Counted from the stretch's first letter, positions 50,409-59,131 are shown. The stretch is 64,000 nucleotides of DNA from Clostridia bacterium (GCA_045602005.1 JAZSAS010000085.1:1230-65229), one strand, 5' to 3'. Program-made: numbers and translations. The notes: generated by a model not told the origin, from the letters alone.

Positions 50409-51095
50409 ATGATTATTTTCAGTAATGTAACAAAGGTCTATGACAATGGAAGTACCGCACTGAACAATATCAGTTTTTTCATTGAACGTGGTGAATTTGT
50501 CTTTATCGTCGGCCCCTCTGGTGCCGGAAAATCCACCCTGATTAAGCTTTTGATGCACGAGGAAACCGCAACTTCGGGAGAGGTTATTATTAACAGTGTC
50601 AATGTCAGTGCCCTAAAGCAGAACCAGATTCCATATTTGCGCCGCAACATGGGTGTTGTGTTTCAGGATTTCAGGCTTCTGCCAAAAAAAACAGTATATG
50701 AAAACGTCTCCTTTGCCATGGAGATTGTGGGAGCCAGTCGCAGGGAAATCCGCCGTCAGGTGCCCAACGTTCTCAGTATGGTGGGGCTTTCTCATAAGGC
50801 TAAGGCTTATCCTTCACAGCTATCCGGCGGTGAACAGCAGCGTGTGGCTTTGGCCCGTGCTTTGGTGAATAATCCTGCCTTTTTAATTGCGGATGAACCC
50901 ACGGGTAACTTAAACCCCAAAACCGCTATGGAAATCATGGAGCTGCTAAATGAAGTTAATAAACGGGGCACAACTGTGATTATGGCAACCCACGCAAAAG
51001 ATATTGTAGACCAGATGAAAAAACGGGTTATTGCCATTGAAGACGGCGTTATTGCCAGAGATGAGGCCAGGGGAGTATACGGATATGAAAATTAA
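50409..51095 (+). CDS. ftsE: cell-division ABC ATPase FtsE
   Basis: 228 aa with GPSGAGKST, LSGGEQQR and FLIADEPTGNLD-like motifs. Confidence 0.95.
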   Translation: MIIFSNVTKVYDNGSTALNNISFFIERGEFVFIVGPSGAGKSTLIKLLMHEETATSGEVIINSVNVSALKQNQIPYLRRNMGVVFQDFRLLPKKTVYENVSFAMEIVGASRREIRRQVPNVLSMVGLSHKAKAYPSQLSGGEQQRVALARALVNNPAFLIADEPTGNLNPKTAMEIMELLNEVNKRGTTVIMATHAKDIVDQMKKRVIAIEDGVIARDEARGVYGYEN

Positions 51096-51978
51096 CAGTA
51101 TGAAATATTTTGTGAAGGAAGCCACAAAAAATGTATTTTCGAACGGCTGGATGAGCCTTGCTTCCGTATTCACTGTGGTTGCCAGCCTCTTAGTGTTTGG
51201 TTTGTTTTTAATTCTGGCAATGAACCTTAATTATATGGTTACGCAGGTTGAAAATGACTATGAAATTTCATTGACGGTTGATGAAAACTTTACCCCTGAG
51301 CAAACAGAGAAACTAGGGGAGGCATTAGAGCTTCTTCCCAATGTTTCTGAGGTTATTTTTGAATCAAAGGACCAGCGTCTTGAGCAGCTCAGTGAACAGT
51401 TCGGCGAAAATGCATCCCTTTTAGACAAGTATAAAAATGAGGAAAACCCCTTGCGTGACTGGTATCAGGTGCGGTGCATTGATTTATCTGAGTCAGACCA
51501 AACAGTTGCTGAAATTAAAAAGCTAGGCGGTGTTGTGCGGGTCATCAGCAATGGTGAAACCATTAATAAGCTGACATCGGCATCTAATTATATCAGTCGG
51601 TTAAGCATTTGGATTATGGTATTTTTAGGCATTATTTCTGTCTTTATTATTTCCAACACAATTAAACTGACAGTGTTTTCCCGCCGGAAAGAAATCAACA
51701 TTATGAAGTTTGTCGGTGCCACTGACTGGTTTATCCGCTGGCCTTTCATTATTGAGGGCATGATCATCGGCATCATCGGTGCGGCAGCCTCTTGCACCCT
51801 GGTTTGTTTGGGTTATGAGGGATTAACAGCTGTGTTTGCCTCTTTGCAAATCGGCTTTGTTCGCTTCATTCCTCTGGGCGATATTGTTGTTTGGCTGGTG
51901 CTTGCATTCCTGCTAACGGGTGTTGCCCTGGGTGCTTTGGGCAGTTTCATTTCTGTGAGAAAACATTTAAAAGTTTAA
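51085..51978 (+). CDS. ftsX: cell-division ABC permease-like protein FtsX
   Basis: The in-frame ATG at 51085 overlaps the ftsE end. The N-terminus is MKINSMKYFVKEATKNVFSNGWMS, with 4 TM helices and a large extracellular loop. Confidence 0.9.
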   Translation: MKINSMKYFVKEATKNVFSNGWMSLASVFTVVASLLVFGLFLILAMNLNYMVTQVENDYEISLTVDENFTPEQTEKLGEALELLPNVSEVIFESKDQRLEQLSEQFGENASLLDKYKNEENPLRDWYQVRCIDLSESDQTVAEIKKLGGVVRVISNGETINKLTSASNYISRLSIWIMVFLGIISVFIISNTIKLTVFSRRKEINIMKFVGATDWFIRWPFIIEGMIIGIIGAAASCTLVCLGYEGLTAVFASLQIGFVRFIPLGDIVVWLVLAFLLTGVALGALGSFISVRKHLKV

Positions 51979-52024
51979 TATACATTCAAAAGTATGTATT
52001 TTTGCGAAAAATTGCGAAAAAAAC

Positions 52025-52053
52025 TTGCATTTTATGTTATTTTATGATATACT
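52025..52053 (+). promoter_or_regulatory. sigma-A promoter of rpsB-tsf (TTGCAT-17-TATACT)
   Basis: TTGCAT at 52025-52030 and TATACT at 52048-52053. Confidence 0.6.
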
Positions 52054-52163
52054 ATTTTGGCAAATACGCACGCATTGGGATTTTATGGGCGGTGCCGGCT
52101 TGCCGGTTCCCATAGAAAATGACCGGTGCGGAGGTTATGCAAATAAAACCGGAGGTGACAGAA

Positions 52164-52916
52164 ATGTCAGTAATTTCAATGAAACAACTGCTGGAAGCAG
52201 GCGTCCATTTCGGACATCAAACCAGAAGATGGAACCCCAAAATGGCAGAGTACATCTTCACAGAACGTAACGGTATCTACATTATCGACTTGCAGAAAAC
52301 CGTTAAAAAAATCGAAGAAGCTTATAACTTCATTCGTGACATCGCTCAAGAGGGCGGTGACATTCTCTTTGTTGGTACAAAGAAACAGGCTCAGGATTCC
52401 ATTAAGGAAGAGGCAGAGCGTGTTGGAATGTACTGGGTAAATGCAAGATGGTTGGGCGGTATGCTCACTAACTTCAAAACTATCAAGCAGCGGATTGACC
52501 GTTTAGAGCAGTTGACCCGCATGGAAGAAGATGGAACTTTTGATCTGCTTCCCAAAAAAGAAGTTTTGAACTTAAAGCATGAAAGAGAAAAGCTGGAGAA
52601 GTTCTTAGGCGGTATTAAAACCATGAGAAAGCTCCCCAGTGCACTGTTCATCGTTGACCCCAGAAAAGAAAAAATCGCTATCGCTGAAGCTAAAAAGCTG
52701 GGTATTCCTGTTGTTGCCATTGTTGACACCAACTGTGATCCTGAAGAAGTGGATTATGTAATCCCCGGTAACGATGATGCAATCCGTGCCGTTAAACTGA
52801 TTGCTTCTACCATTGCAAATGCAATTATGGAAGGCCGTCAGGGGGTTGACGCAGGCGAAGAAGCTACTGCTAGTGCAGAGGCTCCGGCTGCTGAAGAAGC
52901 TGCTGACGCTGAATAA
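52164..52916 (+). CDS. rpsB: 30S ribosomal protein S2
   Basis: The ATG at 52164 is 8 nt after GGAGG and gives [27 protein letters not shown], the canonical S2 N-terminus. The track start at 52119 is an upstream in-frame ATG in the leader. Confidence 0.95.
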   Translation: MSVISMKQLLEAGVHFGHQTRRWNPKMAEYIFTERNGIYIIDLQKTVKKIEEAYNFIRDIAQEGGDILFVGTKKQAQDSIKEEAERVGMYWVNARWLGGMLTNFKTIKQRIDRLEQLTRMEEDGTFDLLPKKEVLNLKHEREKLEKFLGGIKTMRKLPSALFIVDPRKEKIAIAEAKKLGIPVVAIVDTNCDPEEVDYVIPGNDDAIRAVKLIASTIANAIMEGRQGVDAGEEATASAEAPAAEEAADAE

Positions 52917-52940
52917 TTTTATAGAAAAGAGGAGATTGAC

Positions 52941-53837
52941 ATGGCATTTACAGCTGCTGATGTTAAAACTTTAAGAGAACGTACCGGTTGCGGTATGATG
53001 GACTGTAAAAAAGCGCTGACTGAAGTAGACGGCGATATGGATAAGGCAATGGATCTGCTGAGAGAAAAAGGTCTTGCAACAGCTGCTAAAAAGTCTGGCA
53101 GAATTGCCTCTGAGGGTATCGTTAAGGCATACCTTTCCGATGATAAAAAAATTGGTGTTCTGGTTGAGGTTAACTCTGAGACAGACTTCGTTGCTAAGAA
53201 CGATGAGTTCCAGGCATTTGTTGCAACAGTTGCAAAAATTGTTGCTGATCAGAATCCTGCTGATGTTGAGGCTTTAAAGGCTATTTCTTATGACGGAAGC
53301 CAGAACGTTGGCGAAGCTTTAACCGGCTTGATTGCTAAAATCGGTGAGAACATGAATATTAGAAGATTTGCAAGAATCGAAGGCAACGTTTGCTCTTATA
53401 TTCACGGTGGCGGCAGAATCGGTGTTCTGGTTGAAGCTGAAGGCAGCCTGGCTGACGAAGCTGCTTACGAAGCTGCAAGAGATGTTGCAATGCAGGTTGC
53501 TGCTATCAATCCTTTATATCTTTCTAAGGACGTTGTTCCTGCAGAAGATGTTGAGAAGGAAAAGCATATCATCATTGCTCAGATTAAAGAAGACCCGAAA
53601 AACGCCAACAAGCCTGACAACATTCTTGAAAAGATGGTTGGTGGCAAACTCAACAAGTTCTTCGAACAGAACTGCCTGTTGCAGCAGGAGTTTGTAAAAG
53701 ACAGCGAGTTCAAGGTTGAAGCATACCTTGCTTCTAAGGGCGTTAAGCTGGTTAACTTTATTCGCTTTGAAAAGGGCGAAGGCCTTGAAAAGCGTGAAGA
53801 CGATTTTGCAAACGAAGTTGCAAACATGATTAAATAA
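52941..53837 (+). CDS. tsf: elongation factor Ts
   Basis: 298 aa starting MAFTAADVKTLRERTGCGMMDCKKAL. Confidence 0.95.
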   Translation: MAFTAADVKTLRERTGCGMMDCKKALTEVDGDMDKAMDLLREKGLATAAKKSGRIASEGIVKAYLSDDKKIGVLVEVNSETDFVAKNDEFQAFVATVAKIVADQNPADVEALKAISYDGSQNVGEALTGLIAKIGENMNIRRFARIEGNVCSYIHGGGRIGVLVEAEGSLADEAAYEAARDVAMQVAAINPLYLSKDVVPAEDVEKEKHIIIAQIKEDPKNANKPDNILEKMVGGKLNKFFEQNCLLQQEFVKDSEFKVEAYLASKGVKLVNFIRFEKGEGLEKREDDFANEVANMIK

Positions 53838-53849
53838 TGAATTCACCTA

Positions 53850-53882
53850 AAAAGCACTTAGCTAATAGCTAAGTGCTTTTTT
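53850..53882 (+). terminator. rho-independent terminator after tsf
   Basis: Perfect 14-bp stem AAAAGCACTTAGCT / AGCTAAGTGCTTTT with a 3-nt loop and a T-run. Confidence 0.9.
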
Positions 53883-53901
53883 AAAATCTATTGAAAAAGA
53901 A

Positions 53902-53931
53902 TTGACACTGCGTTATTTTTCGTTGTATAAT
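53902..53931 (+). promoter_or_regulatory. sigma-A promoter (TTGACA-18-TATAAT)
   Basis: TTGACA at 53902-53907 and TATAAT at 53926-53931. Confidence 0.6.
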
Positions 53932-53967
53932 ACCTTTTGGTAGCTAATTATTTTGGGGGATGTTATC

Positions 53968-55077
53968 ATGAGCTTGCGCAGATTTTTGAGAAATAATATC
54001 GTGATGTTGGTGGCCTTTCTTGCAGCAACGGTCACCTGTTTTTTTGTGCCGCCAGACAGCACCTATCTTTCTTATTTCGACTTTAAAACCCTGACCTGTT
54101 TGTTTTGTACACTGGCAGTGGTCTGTGCCCTGAAAAATATTTATTTTTTTCAAACAGTTGCACATAAAATTGTTTGTCTGTTTAAAAGCACAAGAGGTGC
54201 CGTTCTGGCGCTTGTATACATCACTTTTATTGGTTCCATGCTCATTGCAAATGACATGGCTCTTTTGACATTTCTGCCTCTTGGTTACTTTGTTTTAGAC
54301 AGTACTGACAACAAGAGGCTACTTAGTTTTACCTTTATCATGCAAACGATTGCTGCCAATCTGGGTGGCATGCTGACCCCCTTTGGCAACCCGCAAAATC
54401 TATACCTTTATTCTTATTTTTCTATCCCGAATCTGACCTTTGTAAAAATTATGGCATTGCCGTTTATTATTTCCGTTTTACTCATTACTCTTTGCACCTG
54501 TATTTTTATCAAAAAAGACACAATGGTGCTACATCATGACGCACCGCAGAAGTTAAACCGAAAACGAACGGCGATTTATCTTGTGTTGTTTGCTTTTTCT
54601 ATCGCCATTGTCTTCCGCTCAGTTCCATATTATTGGGGGCTCGTGGTGATTCCTCTTGTTCTTTTGTTTCTTGATAAAAAAGCGCTTGCTATGGTAGACT
54701 ATCCGCTGCTTTTAACATTCTGTGCTTTTTTTGTTTTTTCCGGTAATATGGCAAGAATTCCGGTCGTCAATCATCTGTTAGGCGGCCTGGTAGAAAAAAA
54801 CACTTTGTTGTTTGGGGTTTTGTCTTGTCAATTCATCAGCAATGTGCCTAGTGCTATTTTGCTGTCTAAATTCACCCAGAACTACCCGCAGCTTCTCGTG
54901 GCAGTGAACATCGGCGGGGCAGGAACCTTGATTGCCTCACTTGCCAGTTTGATTACTTTGAAGGAATACACGAAACACGAACCCAAACGTGTGGCCTCTT
55001 ATGTCCGTTTGTATTCCGTTTATAACTTCAGCATTCTGCTAATTCTTTTAGTTGTGATGCTGTTTGTCATGATTTGA
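53968..55077 (+). CDS. ArsB/NhaD-superfamily (citrate-transporter-like) anion permease
   Basis: The ATG at 53968 is 7 nt after GGGGGA (the track start at 53953 is TTG). The product is about 369 aa with around 10 TM helices. Substrate is unknown. Confidence 0.65.
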   Translation: MSLRRFLRNNIVMLVAFLAATVTCFFVPPDSTYLSYFDFKTLTCLFCTLAVVCALKNIYFFQTVAHKIVCLFKSTRGAVLALVYITFIGSMLIANDMALLTFLPLGYFVLDSTDNKRLLSFTFIMQTIAANLGGMLTPFGNPQNLYLYSYFSIPNLTFVKIMALPFIISVLLITLCTCIFIKKDTMVLHHDAPQKLNRKRTAIYLVLFAFSIAIVFRSVPYYWGLVVIPLVLLFLDKKALAMVDYPLLLTFCAFFVFSGNMARIPVVNHLLGGLVEKNTLLFGVLSCQFISNVPSAILLSKFTQNYPQLLVAVNIGGAGTLIASLASLITLKEYTKHEPKRVASYVRLYSVYNFSILLILLVVMLFVMI

Positions 55078-55102
55078 CGAAAGTCTTTTTTCGTGCTATA
55101 CT
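55074..55102 (+). promoter_or_regulatory. sigma-A promoter with extended -10 (TTGACG-17-TGcTATACT)
   Basis: TTGACG at 55074-55079 overlaps the permease stop. TATACT is at 55097-55102. Confidence 0.55.
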
Positions 55103-55140
55103 GATACATAGAGTGCTTTTTGCAACAGGGAGTGTATGAT

Positions 55141-55911
55141 TTGATTAAGTTTCAATCCTTTTTAAGCAGTTCTGCCGGTAATGCCACCTTTGTGACAGAC
55201 GATACAGTTCATCTTTTAGTGGATTGCGGAGCCGGATGTAACTATATAACTGAATGTTTGCGGCGTATTGGCGTAGCACCGGAAAGCCTTTCCGGCATTT
55301 TAATCACCCACGAACACAGGGACCATATTGCTGGTGCCGGTATTTTCTCCAGAAAATATAACATCCCTGTGTATGCGACAGAAAAAACCTGGGCTGCCAT
55401 GGAAAACATTGTAGGAAACATTTTGCCCAAAAACCGTAGATTGACAGAGAATTCGCTGCAATTCGGTAATTTAACCGTTAATTCCTTTTCCATCCCTCAC
55501 GATGCGGCTGATCCGGTTGGCTATAGCTTTATATCAGAAAACGAAAAGTTTACCATTGCCACAGACCTGGGGCATATTACCGACGAGCTTTTAAAAAATT
55601 TATCTGGAAGCACTTCTGTGATTATCGAAGCAAATCACGATGTTGAAATGCTTAAAACAGGGCCATATCCTTATTTTTTAAAACAGCGCATTTTAGGGGA
55701 TAGGGGACACCTTTCTAACGCCCTGTGCGGCAAATTGTGTGCCTTATTAGCGAAAACCGGCACGAAGGCCTTTTGGTTGGGTCATTTGTCTGAAAAAAAT
55801 AACGAACCTATGCTTGCATATCATACTGTTCTTAATGCGATGGAAGAAGAGTCAATTCGTTTAGATGACGGACTCTCATTAAATGTGCTTCCGATGCACT
55901 GGATTGCCTGA
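55141..55911 (+). CDS. MBL-fold metallo-hydrolase (YycJ/WalJ-like)
   Basis: The TTG at 55141 is 7 nt after AGGGAG. An ITHEHRDHIAG (HxHxDH) motif is present. Confidence 0.8.
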   Translation: MIKFQSFLSSSAGNATFVTDDTVHLLVDCGAGCNYITECLRRIGVAPESLSGILITHEHRDHIAGAGIFSRKYNIPVYATEKTWAAMENIVGNILPKNRRLTENSLQFGNLTVNSFSIPHDAADPVGYSFISENEKFTIATDLGHITDELLKNLSGSTSVIIEANHDVEMLKTGPYPYFLKQRILGDRGHLSNALCGKLCALLAKTGTKAFWLGHLSEKNNEPMLAYHTVLNAMEEESIRLDDGLSLNVLPMHWIA

Positions 55912-55934
55912 TGATAAATAGAGGAGAAAATATT

Positions 55935-56414
55935 GTGCAAATAGAAATTTTATGCGTGGGGAAATTAAAAGAAAAATATTTAAAAGATGCCTGTGAAGAA
56001 TATCAAAAACGTCTTTCACGTTTCTGCAAGCTGACCGTGACAGAACTAAAGGATGAAGCTGTGGGTGAGCAGGCATCAAAAGTAACCGTGTTGCAAGCGA
56101 TAGAAAAAGAAGGAGCTAGGATTCTGTCACGAATTGGTGACAGAGACTATGTTATCTCTCTGTGTGTGGAGGGAAAAGCCCTTTCCTCAGAAGACTTTGC
56201 CAAAAACCTAACTGATATTTGCCAAAAAGGTGCCGCACGCCTTGTGTTAGTTATCGGTGGGTCCTGCGGTTTATCGGAAGAGATTAAAAAAAGGAGCCAC
56301 CTGCGGCTCTCATTTTCTGCCATGACCTTTCCTCACCAGCTCATGCGGGTAATTTTGCTAGAACAGCTTTATCGAGCCTATAAAATCAACGCAGGTGAAA
56401 GCTATCATAAGTAG
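55935..56414 (+). CDS. rlmH: 23S rRNA (pseudouridine1915-N3)-methyltransferase
   Basis: The GTG at 55935 follows AGGAGAAAA. The 159-aa product begins VQIEILCVGKLKEKYL, the typical RlmH N-terminus. Confidence 0.9.
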   Translation: MQIEILCVGKLKEKYLKDACEEYQKRLSRFCKLTVTELKDEAVGEQASKVTVLQAIEKEGARILSRIGDRDYVISLCVEGKALSSEDFAKNLTDICQKGAARLVLVIGGSCGLSEEIKKRSHLRLSFSAMTFPHQLMRVILLEQLYRAYKINAGESYHK

Positions 56415-56456
56415 AAAAATGCGGAATTGAACAAAGGTTCATTCCGCATTTTCTGT
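56415..56456. terminator. bidirectional rho-independent terminator
   Basis: About 16-bp stem AAATGCGGAATTGAAC / GTTCATTCCGCATTT with one bulge and a 4-nt loop, with an A-run and T-run on the flanks. It overlaps the last codons of the minus-strand small ORF. Confidence 0.85.
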
Positions 56457-56600
56457 TTTACATTCTTTCGCATCTGCCTTTTGATAAGGACAATCAGGGT
56501 CATGAGAGGTTGGGTCATAAAAAGACAGCATCACGCTGTCGCAACAGCACTTTCCGTCTGACTGATATTTGCAGGATTTAGAACAGTTGATGTTGGTCAA
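56439..56600 (-). CDS. small Cys-rich protein (DUF1540-like CX3CX7C pattern); start uncertain
   Basis: The track ORF 56439-56654 begins inside a terminator hairpin. The in-frame TTG at 56600 (AAAGGA about 9 nt upstream) gives a 53-aa product, LTNINCSKSCKYQSDGKCCCDSVMLSFYDPTSHDPDCPYQKADAKECKTENAE, with 7 Cys. Confidence 0.45.
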   Translation of the reverse strand: MTNINCSKSCKYQSDGKCCCDSVMLSFYDPTSHDPDCPYQKADAKECKTENAE

Positions 56601-56626
56601 AAAAACACATCCTTTACAATGTAGTA

Positions 56627-56662
56627 AACCCAAAAGGACCACAGCGGGACACACTGTGGTCC
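56627..56662 (-). terminator. rho-independent terminator of the DUF421-DUF4363 operon
   Basis: Perfect 9-bp stem GGACCACAG / CTGTGGTCC (56636-56644 / 56654-56662), followed on the minus strand by TTTTGGGTTT. Confidence 0.7.
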
Positions 56663-56738
56663 CCGGTTTATATAAACGGTTAAAAGATTTTTAACCGGTA
56701 CGATACCATTGTATGAAAATTTAAGTTAAAAGGTTCAA

Positions 56739-57119
56739 TTATAAAATGTTCACAAGTGATACGGATTCGTTAAGCGGAATATTCTGAAGTATCATACGTA
56801 AAACGCTGGTTTTCACCAGTGTTTCTTCTTCGTTTTCAAACTGTGCATAACCCAAAACTTCACAAATGGTTTGATCAACCTGATCAATGGCTTTATGATT
56901 GATAATGGCTTTGAGCCAGTTCTGTGTTTTGAGCCAATCTTCCGACAAACCGGAAAGGGTCTTTCTGCCGTTTTCCCAATCAGAAGCTTCAATATATGTC
57001 TCTGCCTCTGTCAATTGGCGTTCCAGCCTTTCAACGACATTTTCCAGCGCATAGGAATAATAGCTGGTGCCAACAATAATCAACACCAAAATTAAAATAG
57101 CAAATATAAAGCTTTTCAT
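56739..57119 (-). CDS. DUF4363-family protein
   Basis: 126 aa with an N-terminal TM helix. It overlaps the upstream DUF421 gene by 4 nt, which is the usual pairing. Confidence 0.7.
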   Translation of the reverse strand: MKSFIFAILILVLIIVGTSYYSYALENVVERLERQLTEAETYIEASDWENGRKTLSGLSEDWLKTQNWLKAIINHKAIDQVDQTICEVLGYAQFENEEETLVKTSVLRMILQNIPLNESVSLVNIL

Positions 57120-57811
57120 GAACGTTCACTCTTTTTCTTCTTCATTTTTTCCTGAACAAAAAAATTACCTGCCGAGTCCACACTTGCCATAAAAACATTT
57201 TCAATGTCGTGAATGCCGAAACTCTTTAAATGGTCGAGAAGCCATTGAAGGTCAACACCGGCACTTTCCATAGCTCTTTGATTTACTGTCCCATCAGAAA
57301 TCAGCAGAAAGGGAATTCCCTCATAGGCGGTGCTGATGTTAACATCCTCCGGTGTTAATGCCCGTTTATTAGATTTTGGAATCACACTCAAGTTGCCGTT
57401 TGATTCAATAATGGCATACTCAATATCCAGAATATTGGGATATCCGTTTGAGCGAAGCTCTTCCATTAAATCGTCAATATTAAACCGCAACCGTTCCATT
57501 TCCTGTTCCAGAACTTGTCCTTTCGCGATTAAAACAGTGGGGGAGCCGGATAAAATTTTTCTGATTTTTCGACTTTTCAGGGTTAAAAAAGAAAAACTCA
57601 TTTCAGCAATAATTAACGTGAAAATCGGAATAACACCAGTTAGCAGCGGGGTTTCCACGTTTTCCACCGGAATAGATGCCAGCTCTGAAAGCATCATGGC
57701 AATGACAAGCTCCGATGGCTGCAGCTGCCCAATCTGCCGTTTGCCCATGAGCCGCAGGGCAAGCACCACCATTATGTATAAAACTACAGTTCTAACCAAA
57801 GTAAGGAGCAA
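57116..57811 (-). CDS. DUF421 (YetF/YrbG-like) membrane protein
   Basis: 231 aa. The N-terminus RLMGKRQIGQLQPSELVIAMMLSELAS is typical of the DUF421 family. Confidence 0.85.
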   Translation of the reverse strand: MLLTLVRTVVLYIMVVLALRLMGKRQIGQLQPSELVIAMMLSELASIPVENVETPLLTGVIPIFTLIIAEMSFSFLTLKSRKIRKILSGSPTVLIAKGQVLEQEMERLRFNIDDLMEELRSNGYPNILDIEYAIIESNGNLSVIPKSNKRALTPEDVNISTAYEGIPFLLISDGTVNQRAMESAGVDLQWLLDHLKSFGIHDIENVFMASVDSAGNFFVQEKMKKKKSERS

Positions 57812-57955
57812 GAAAAACCCTCCGTTCTTAATTTTATATCCGCTAGTATGGTCAAATTGTAAAATAATTATGTAACAGAGTTAAATTTTCATACTTTTGT
57901 AATATATCTGTGCTACGCTTATAAAGTACAATACGTGCGAAAGGGTATTAAAACG

Positions 57956-58066
57956 ATGAAAAAAAGAAAAAAAGCCATACAAATTACAGCCATAATTTGT
58001 ACCATAGCCATGTTGACTGCTGCTGTTTTTTCTGCAGTTTCCGGATTTTTATGGTCTTTATCATGA
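57956..58066 (+). CDS. possible 36-aa single-TM micro-protein
   Basis: Product is MKKRKKAIQITAIICTIAMLTAAVFSAVSGFLWSLS, a basic N-terminus plus one hydrophobic helix. The only SD-like sequence is weak (AAAGGG, 12 nt upstream). It lies in an otherwise empty 330-nt intergenic region. Confidence 0.3.
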   Translation: MKKRKKAIQITAIICTIAMLTAAVFSAVSGFLWSLS

Positions 58067-58104
58067 GAAAATTGTTATTTTCTCTGTTTTTTTTAGAATT
58101 TTAC

Positions 58105-58133
58105 TGTACAAAGAACAAGAATTGTGCTATAAT
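58105..58133 (+). promoter_or_regulatory. sigma-A promoter with extended -10 (TGTACA-17-TGcTATAAT)
   Basis: TATAAT at 58128-58133 preceded by TG, with a weak -35. Confidence 0.5.
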
Positions 58134-58165
58134 GAAAGGTAGTATTGATTCATAAAGGAGTTTGT

Positions 58166-58828
58166 ATGGAGCATAGAATTCACATTATCGTCGGTCATTA
58201 TGGCAGTGGCAAAACAGAATTCGCCATCAACTATGCCCTGCAGCTGAAAAAAACCTTTAAAAAGGTTTATATTGTGGATTTAGATATTGTGAATCCATAT
58301 TTCAGAACCAACGATGCAAAAAAACAGCTGGAGGCTTTGGGACTTTCAGTAATTGCCTCAGCATATGCCAGCACCAATGTAGATGTGCCGGCGCTGCCTT
58401 CTGAAATTCATCGTGTCTTTGCAGAAACAGATGCTGCAGTGGTTTTTGATGTTGGCGGTGATGATGACGGGGCCGTGGCATTAGGGCGTTATCAACAGTA
58501 CTTTCAAAAAGAAATCCCGGAAATGCTGTTTGTCATTAACGTGTTCCGTCCCATGACTGCAGATTGTGCTGCGATTACCGAAATGATTGAAAACATTCAG
58601 ACCGTTAGTCGTCTTAAAGTAACCGGTCTGGTGAATAGCTCAAATCTCGCCGGTTTGACTACGGCGACAGAGCTTGTAAAGGGACAAACCATTACAGATG
58701 AGGTTGTCCGGAAAACCGGCATCCCTTGCGCATATGCAGCAGGTACAGACGCTGTTCTTCGTAGTTTACCTGAAGATTTTGCTGCTGAAACCTTTTGCAT
58801 TAAGCGTTTTATGGAGTTGACCTTTTAA
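58166..58828 (+). CDS. P-loop NTPase of unknown function (MinD/CooC-like SIMIBI class)
   Basis: The ATG at 58166 follows AAAGGAG. The product has a deviant Walker A at the N-terminus (IIVGHYGSGKTEF) and a Walker B-like VVFDVGGDD. Confidence 0.6.
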   Translation: MEHRIHIIVGHYGSGKTEFAINYALQLKKTFKKVYIVDLDIVNPYFRTNDAKKQLEALGLSVIASAYASTNVDVPALPSEIHRVFAETDAAVVFDVGGDDDGAVALGRYQQYFQKEIPEMLFVINVFRPMTADCAAITEMIENIQTVSRLKVTGLVNSSNLAGLTTATELVKGQTITDEVVRKTGIPCAYAAGTDAVLRSLPEDFAAETFCIKRFMELTF

Positions 58829-58881
58829 AAAAGGAAAATATATTAGCCTGTGCCAGTGGCACGGCGGAAATGGAGAGAAGC

Positions 58882-59088
58882 ATGGCAAAGGTCGTCTTTT
58901 TTGAAGAAAAGTGCAAAGGCTGCTATTTATGTGTGACAGCCTGTCCCAACAAAATCATTAAAATTGCCGAAGACAGAATGAACACGAAAGGTTTTCGTCC
59001 TGTCGAGGTATTAGAGCAGGAAAAGTGCATTGGTTGTGCAATGTGTGCCACCATTTGCCCCGACTGCGTGATTGAAGTATTTAAGTAA
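58882..59088 (+). CDS. 2x[4Fe-4S] ferredoxin-type delta subunit of 2-oxoacid:ferredoxin oxidoreductase
   Basis: Two CxxCxxCxxxCP motifs (CKGCYLCVTACP, CIGCAMCATICP). Start is 58882 (MAKVVFF) or 58870. Confidence 0.8.
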   Translation: MAKVVFFEEKCKGCYLCVTACPNKIIKIAEDRMNTKGFRPVEVLEQEKCIGCAMCATICPDCVIEVFK

Positions 59089-59131
59089 AATCAGTTATAG
59101 AGAACTGATTATATTGCAAGGAGTGTAAAAA

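Noticed and set aside
58857-58875. TGGCAC resembling the -24 element of sigma-54 promoters.
   Set aside because: There is no TTGC -12 element at the required 5-nt spacing (the sequence is TGGCACggcggAAAT), and it sits within an operon.
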